Assembly: GCA_963804955.1 (NCBI GenBank) | Contig: CAWDSQ010000009.1 | Location: 147-64,146, forward strand | Length of the DNA: 64,000 nucleotides | Source: an uncultured delta proteobacterium | GTDB lineage: Bacteria; Desulfobacterota; WTBG01; CAIYCZ01; CAIRTM01 | Direction: 5' to 3' | Shown here: one piece after another, positions 59,118-64,000 of the stretch | Layout of the letters: each line of letters starts with the position of its first letter | Numbering within the stretch: the first letter of the stretch is position 1 | The notes under the pieces: model-generated | Told to the model about the DNA's origin: nothing | Databases searched by the model: none | What the model saw: the letters and a program-made list of their open reading frames with translations, nothing else | Position numbers and translations under genes: made by a program

Positions 59118-59568
59118 ATGTCTATGGGCGCACTATTCAACGATATCTTTCACAAAATCTTTGATCGTCAACAGAAAAGAAGGCCCGATAAACACCAAAC
59201 AGAGCAATGCCGGTGTCAGGCGTCCGGTGCAGGTTCTGACGCAGCATGTTGGAGAAGATATTGAAGTACACTACATGGATGCCGGCCTTTCCCAGATTAT
59301 AGATGCACACCTTAACTCATCACCAAATGAAAAAAGTTTTTATCTCAGTCTCAATGACATGGATACAAACATCGTTTACTGGTATGCTCAAGATTCCGAT
59401 GGTCTGGTGTCCGGCGTTAAGTTGATTAAACTGCGCGGCGAGATATTATATAACAATGATGCGTTGCCGTTTGATTATGAAAGGGCTGAGCATCATGGGC
59501 ATGACCGTAATGCATCCGGGCCCATACGCAAAAGGACCCGTGAATATCTGAGCGGCAAGTTCGGCTGA
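59118..59568 (+). pseudogene. Hypothetical protein; the SD-linked start is in a different frame from the long ORF
   Basis: SD GGGAGGA then ATG 59118/59124 (MSMGALFNDIFHKIF...) is in frame 0. The 157-aa track ORF (59095..59568) is in frame +1, and the frames can join near 59160-59185. No family recognised. Confidence 0.3.
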
Positions 59569-59631
59569 CACGATACGGTGACAATGCGGCAGGACTCTAA
59601 ATAAAAACATTCATTAAGGGAGGAAAACGGA

Positions 59632-60033
59632 ATGACGGCTAAAAAGAAACCGGGGCAAGAAAAAAAGAAAGAGACCCCCCCCGCAGCAGAGTGCTCCAAG
59701 GTCTCCAAGGGCAAAGGCAAGGACAAAGCGGAAGCAAAACAAAAGGCCGCCGCCGAGTTGGCTTCTGAATTGAAAAAGATTCGCGCTGCGCTGAAAGAAA
59801 TTGTCAAGCAGGTGAGCCTGCGTATAGACGGCCGGATTGCGGACACGCTGCGGGTTTTGGAAAAAAAGCAGGCGCCGGGTGAACCGGGCGAGCTGCCGGG
59901 AGCCAAAGCATCATTGCAGCTGGCCAAAAAACTGCGCGGGGTAAAAGTAAAGCCCGACAAGGGCAAGCTCAAAGACATAGCGCACATCTGCCAGCTGGTG
60001 TGCAAGATTGCCGAGAAAATGTCGAAAAAATAA
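59632..60033 (+). CDS. Lys-rich hypothetical protein (basic, low-complexity N-terminus)
   Basis: Strong SD GGGAGG then ATG 59632. 133 aa beginning MTAKKKPGQEKKKE...KGKGKDKAEAKQK. Confidence 0.45.
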   Translation: MTAKKKPGQEKKKETPPAAECSKVSKGKGKDKAEAKQKAAAELASELKKIRAALKEIVKQVSLRIDGRIADTLRVLEKKQAPGEPGELPGAKASLQLAKKLRGVKVKPDKGKLKDIAHICQLVCKIAEKMSKK

Positions 60034-60134
60034 TGACGCGTCGCGGCGGTGAAACGCTTCGCCGCTCTTTGGTTTTATTCATGAAGCACAGGGGCAACCC
60101 TGTGCTTTTTTAACACAGAATTAAAGGACATTGC

Positions 60135-60698
60135 ATGCAAGAGAATGTTACAACCCACGAGCATGACATTTTTCTCAAGGCGCTTGTCTTTGCGGCGGAT
60201 ATGCACGCCGGCCAGCTGAAAAAGGGTTGCCGCAAACTTCCTTTTATTAACCATCCTATCAAAGTGGCCAGCCTGCTTTCTTCGGTTTCCCGGAAAAAAG
60301 ACATACCGCTGCTGGTCGCGGCTCTGCTTCATGACGTGCTCGAAAACACAGCAGCCGATCCTGCCGGCATCAGAGCGGCATTCGGCAAAGAAGTGCTGGG
60401 CATAGTCCGGGAAGTCACTGAAGACAAGAGCCTGCCGGATCCGGAAAGAAAACAGCGCCAGATCGAATCGGCCGGGCGTCTCTCTCCGGCCGCAAAAAAA
60501 ATACGGCTTGCAGATAAAATCTGCAATATGCGCGATATTATGACCTGTCCGCTGGGCTGGTCACGGCAAAGAAAGCTTTCCTACCTTGAGTTTGCCGGAA
60601 AGCTGGCGGCTGAACTTCGGGGAACAGATACGCGGCTTGAACGCATTTTTAACCGGGAACATTCGGCGGCCATGCGCGCAGTCAGGGCGGACGCCTGA
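60135..60698 (+). CDS. Small alarmone hydrolase (Mesh1/SpoT-HD-like (p)ppGpp pyrophosphohydrolase, HD_4)
   Basis: 187 aa. H..Q..K....PFINHP, AALLHDVLENT, EVTEDKSLP..ERK and KIRLADKICNMRD match the Mesh1/SAH pattern. Confidence 0.8.
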   Translation: MQENVTTHEHDIFLKALVFAADMHAGQLKKGCRKLPFINHPIKVASLLSSVSRKKDIPLLVAALLHDVLENTAADPAGIRAAFGKEVLGIVREVTEDKSLPDPERKQRQIESAGRLSPAAKKIRLADKICNMRDIMTCPLGWSRQRKLSYLEFAGKLAAELRGTDTRLERIFNREHSAAMRAVRADA

Positions 60699-60786
60699 CG
60701 GTTATGTTGAGTCCGTATTCTTCTCAGGATCATCAAACAGCAGCAAAGAAGCGCTTTGCGGGCAATTTTGGAAAACTATGTCTCTG

Positions 60787-61647
60787 TCACTTTTTTTTGC
60801 CGTGTTTTTCCGGATTGCTTTTGACCGGTACATACTCAGGGACGTATTTGTAAGGATAGTCGGCAGCCTTGTAGCGACCGATCTTGCGCCCGGGCAGCGT
60901 AACTTTTTCAGCCGGAACGACCTTGTAGGGCACATGTTGCAGCAGATGGCTGATCACGTTCAGGCGCACACGCTTCTTGTCCTCGGAGCGAGCGACAAAC
61001 CACGGCGCCCAGGATGTGTCGGTGGCGGCAAACATGTCGTCACGTGCCTGCGTGTAGTCGTCCCAGCGGGTGAACGATTGTATGTCCATCGGCGACAGCT
61101 TCCATATCTTTCGTCCGTCGTTGATGCGGTCTCTCAGGCGGCGCTCCTGCTCTTGCGGGCTCACTTCAAGCCAGTATTTCAGCAGAATGATTCCGGACTC
61201 AACCATCGCGTGTTCAACCATCGGCACCGCTTCGAGAAATTTCTTTGCCTGCTCGGGTTTGCAGAAACCCATCACCCGTTCGACCCCGGCCCGGTTGTAC
61301 CAGCTGCGATCGAAGATGACGATCTCGCCCGCCGCCGGCAAATGGCGGATATAGCGCTGTATATACATCTGGCTTTTCTCGCGCTCGTTCGGCGCAGGCA
61401 GCGCGACAACACGGAACACGCGCGGACTTACACGCTCGGTGATCGCCTTGATCGTACCCCCCTTTCCGGCGCCGTCACGACCCTCGAATACGATGCAGAC
61501 CTTGAGCCCCTTGTGCACCACCCACTGCTGCAGCTTGACCAGCTCGACGTGCAGTCGCTTGAGCTCTTTGTCGTAGGCCTTGTTGCCAAGCGCATCGATT
61601 TGGGATTCTGTTGCCGGAAGATATTTTTTCTTCTTGTTGCCTACCAT
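60787..61647 (-). CDS. ppk2: Polyphosphate kinase 2 (class I-like)
   Basis: FEGRDGAGKGGTI Walker A and FDRSWYNRAGVE. SD GGAGG (61657-61653) 5 nt before ATG 61647. Confidence 0.88.
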   Translation of the reverse strand: MVGNKKKKYLPATESQIDALGNKAYDKELKRLHVELVKLQQWVVHKGLKVCIVFEGRDGAGKGGTIKAITERVSPRVFRVVALPAPNEREKSQMYIQRYIRHLPAAGEIVIFDRSWYNRAGVERVMGFCKPEQAKKFLEAVPMVEHAMVESGIILLKYWLEVSPQEQERRLRDRINDGRKIWKLSPMDIQSFTRWDDYTQARDDMFAATDTSWAPWFVARSEDKKRVRLNVISHLLQHVPYKVVPAEKVTLPGRKIGRYKAADYPYKYVPEYVPVKSNPEKHGKKK

Positions 61648-61772
61648 GCTTGCCTCCATGATGTTAAAAAAACCTGTTGTCATCGGGCGGCGTCGTTAAC
61701 TCACACAACAAACTGCATCGTAAATCCCACTCCTTGCTCGTGCTCTATGAATCGATGAGGCAGCATTTCTGA

Positions 61773-63464
61773 TCACGACGCAGTTGGCGGCATGCCCCCC
61801 ACCGTTGCCTGCAGCTCCTGATACCGTTTGATAGCCGCGCGGGCATTGAACAGCATACGCTCAGAACCCAGGATGGCGGCCAGACCGGAATGCTGCACCA
61901 CCTCGAGCACCCCTGGGTTCAGCCCCACCAGCCACAGAGTAGCGCCCATTTCGAGCATGTGCGTATCACTGTCCACGAGCATCTGCAGTGCCGAGTATTC
62001 AATATCGGGCACCCGGCTCATGTCCAGCGCAACCACCCGTGGCTTGTATGTCGTGATCAGCGCCCGGATATCGGCACGCACCTGCTGGGCGTTCACGAAA
62101 AACAGGCGTCCCTCAGGGCGCACGATCAACAAGCCGGGAAATGTCTCGTCCTCCGGGTTCCTGGGCGACAGCGGGCGCAGTACGTCGGCTCCGCGCTTGC
62201 GGCCGATGACCGAGATGCGCGGGTGTGCAGTCTGGCTTGCCAGGCCGATCAGAGAAATGATGATCGCTATCACGATGCCCTTCAGCGTTCCGAAAACCAG
62301 CACGCCGAGCGCCGCGGCAATCGCCCAGCGATATTCCATCAGGCGTATGTTGCGAATGGCAAGAAATTCCTTCGGCTGGATCAGCCCAACCGAATAGACA
62401 ATGACGATCGCCGCCAGCGTGGCGTGGGGCAGAAAGCCCACCAGCGGGGCAAGCAGCAGCATGGTGGCGACTGCGGCGCCGGCAGTAACGAGCGAGGCCT
62501 TCTGCGACCGCCCGCCCGTTGCGCGCACCACGGCGGTTTGGGAGGTGCCGCCGCCGGCCGGCATCGAACCAAACAGCGCGCCTCCCAGATTCGCGGCTCC
62601 GGTGGCGATAAGTTCGCGATTTGCATCGATGGGAGGATCGTCCGGACGGGCAAAGGCGCGCCCCGCCGCAATCGTTTCCGTAAAACTCATCAGAGCAATC
62701 CCGAGCGCACCCGGCGCCATTTGCTCAATGAGAGCAAAATCCGGCAGCGTCAGTGATGGAAATCCCTGCGGTATGTGGCCGACCGTTGAAACGCCCAATG
62801 CCTGCAGGCCGAAGAACCAGGCCGAGGCGATACCGCCGCCAACAGCAATCAAAGGCGCCGGAGCATGCGGCCACAAGCGCTCCATGCCGACCAGCACGAT
62901 GAACGTCGCGACAGCCAAAGCCGGCGTGATCAGGGAGGTTTCCGGACTGTGGAGGGCAACGCTGAAGAGGTCGCGCAGGAAGCCCTGTTTCTCGATATGG
63001 ATACCCAGGAGTTTCGGCACCTGATCAAGAACGATGACGAGTCCAATCCCCGCCTTAAAGCCGGTCAGCACAGGCGCTGAAATGAAGTTGGCAACAAAGC
63101 CCAGACGCAGCAGCCTTGCCAGCACCAGCATCACACCGACCAGAGCGGTCAGTGTAACGGTCGCTGTGAGAAGTTTTGCCGGGTCGCCGTCCGGAACGGC
63201 CAGGCCAAGCTGTGTGCCTGCCAGAATCGCCAATGTGGCTGTGGAACTGACGCTCAGCACACGCGACGAGCCGAGCAGCGCGTATATCGCCATCGGGATG
63301 CAGGCGGTATAGAGACCTACCGCAACCGGCAAACCGGCAACCGTCGCGTAGGCCATGGCCTTGGGCAGCACAACCGCCGCTGCCGTCAGGCCCGCGACCA
63401 TGTCCAGGCGCAGTGCTGCGGTGACGGACGGGCTTGACTCAGTGGCATTTAGAGGCTGATTCAT
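61773..63464 (-). CDS. SulP family inorganic anion transporter with C-terminal STAS domain
   Basis: About 563 aa from the SD-linked ATG 63464. Polytopic N-terminal part (AMAYATVAGLP) and a STAS tail. The 656-aa track ORF over-extends upstream. Confidence 0.88.
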   Translation of the reverse strand: MNQPLNATESSPSVTAALRLDMVAGLTAAAVVLPKAMAYATVAGLPVAVGLYTACIPMAIYALLGSSRVLSVSSTATLAILAGTQLGLAVPDGDPAKLLTATVTLTALVGVMLVLARLLRLGFVANFISAPVLTGFKAGIGLVIVLDQVPKLLGIHIEKQGFLRDLFSVALHSPETSLITPALAVATFIVLVGMERLWPHAPAPLIAVGGGIASAWFFGLQALGVSTVGHIPQGFPSLTLPDFALIEQMAPGALGIALMSFTETIAAGRAFARPDDPPIDANRELIATGAANLGGALFGSMPAGGGTSQTAVVRATGGRSQKASLVTAGAAVATMLLLAPLVGFLPHATLAAIVIVYSVGLIQPKEFLAIRNIRLMEYRWAIAAALGVLVFGTLKGIVIAIIISLIGLASQTAHPRISVIGRKRGADVLRPLSPRNPEDETFPGLLIVRPEGRLFFVNAQQVRADIRALITTYKPRVVALDMSRVPDIEYSALQMLVDSDTHMLEMGATLWLVGLNPGVLEVVQHSGLAAILGSERMLFNARAAIKRYQELQATVGGMPPTAS

Positions 63465-63532
63465 GCTGCCATCTCCGTCTTGTTGCGCGAATTTAACCGG
63501 CGTCGGGCTCCGTAGCTCCTTGTGAAGCGAAG

Positions 63533-64000
63533 TTGAGAGGATCGCCGATAAACTGCAGAAAAAAATCGTATGGCGCTGTAGCGGAGGATCGCCCTGGTTG
63601 AAGCTGCCGGAGGCGAGGTTGCCGCCGAGACCTCGCAGAAGAAGAGTCGTCCTGATCCATCCTATTTCGTGGGCAAAGGCAAAGCTGAAGAGATCAAGGA
63701 ACTTGCCGAAAGCGAGAACGTTACAACGATCGTACTCGATCACAACCTGACCCCGGGTCAGGTCACCCGCCTGGAGCGTACAACCGGCTGCAAGGTCATC
63801 GACCGGACCGAGCTGATACTTGCCATCTTCGCAGGGCAGGCCAGAAGCCGTGAAGCCATTCTCCAGATCGAGCTCGCCCAGCTCAAGTACGCCCTTCCCA
63901 GGCTTTCAGGCCTGTGGCACCACTTCTCCAGGCTTGGGGCAGGCATCGGCACCAGGGGTCCAGGCGAGACGCAGCTCGAGATCGACAGGAGACGGGCCAG
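63533..64000 (+). CDS. hflX: GTPase HflX, N-terminal part (runs off the window); 5' end unclear or frameshifted
   Basis: ...RPDPSYFVGKGKAEEIKEL...IDRTELILAIFAGQARSREAILQIELAQLKYALPRL...GPGETQLEIDRR is the HflX N-domain. Upstream of about 63590 the frame is broken, and the start shown is a guess. Confidence 0.7.

Noticed and set aside
60586-61758. 390-aa plus-strand ORF overlapping the class-I PPK2 gene
   Set aside because: Antisense shadow. The minus-strand PPK2 has Walker A, lid motifs and an SD-linked start.
63465-63743. 93-codon N-terminal extension of the SulP ORF given by the track (656 aa)
   Set aside because: The SD plus ATG at 63464 gives a normal SulP N-terminus. The extension has no transporter features and overlaps the oppositely oriented hflX coding sequence.

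Overview
A 64-kb chromosomal segment, moderately GC-rich with a few short AT-rich intergenic stretches. From gene content I infer an anaerobic sulfate-reducer-like deltaproteobacterium (Desulfobacterota): NfnAB, an Hnd-type [FeFe]-hydrogenase operon, an MTHFR fused to a zinc-ribbon domain, sigma54-driven type IV pilin and a UxxC selenoprotein candidate. I found no rRNA, tRNA, CRISPR array, transposase, integrase or reverse transcriptase. Gene content, in order:
- Redox and cofactor genes: nucleotidyltransferase, nfnBA, bioA.
- Membrane proteins, then type IV pilus genes pilB-pilC; pilA lies separately behind a near-consensus sigma54 promoter.
- An orphan ParB-N protein, moaC and dksA.
- Glycogen genes: a GH57 enzyme and glgB.
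- An ftsK-lolA-gspE-like-cytidylyltransferase gene string.
- A four-gene [FeFe]-hydrogenase operon whose NuoF-like subunit is fused to a GltD/NfnB-like module.
- A hemerythrin / small membrane protein / NOX-like ferric reductase cluster, then larC.
- An ABC-2 exporter pair, a lipid acyltransferase, an rluA-family gene and the MTHFR-zinc-ribbon fusion.
- An intact vapBC pair plus a decayed second toxin-antitoxin pair.
- A pabB-pabC fusion preceded by a thioredoxin-fold gene with an in-frame TGA at its CxxC motif and a SECIS-like hairpin.
- speA, then a priming sugar-phosphate transferase with a degenerate GGDEF-like N-terminal domain.
- A polyphosphate/(p)ppGpp island: two PPK2 classes, Ppx/GppA and a Mesh1-like small alarmone hydrolase.
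- A SulP transporter and the start of hflX.

Caveat on sequence quality: by stitching ORF-track fragments onto conserved family motifs I count roughly 35-40 single-base frame disruptions. They are strongly clustered (about 11 in the hydrogenase genes, about 12 in 42.1-46.0 kb, none in 1-11.6 kb). Most look like random 1-nt insertions, so sequencing or assembly error is the most economical explanation. Genes affected are listed as pseudogene, meaning disrupted as sequenced. All frameshift positions are approximate and come from manual reading.
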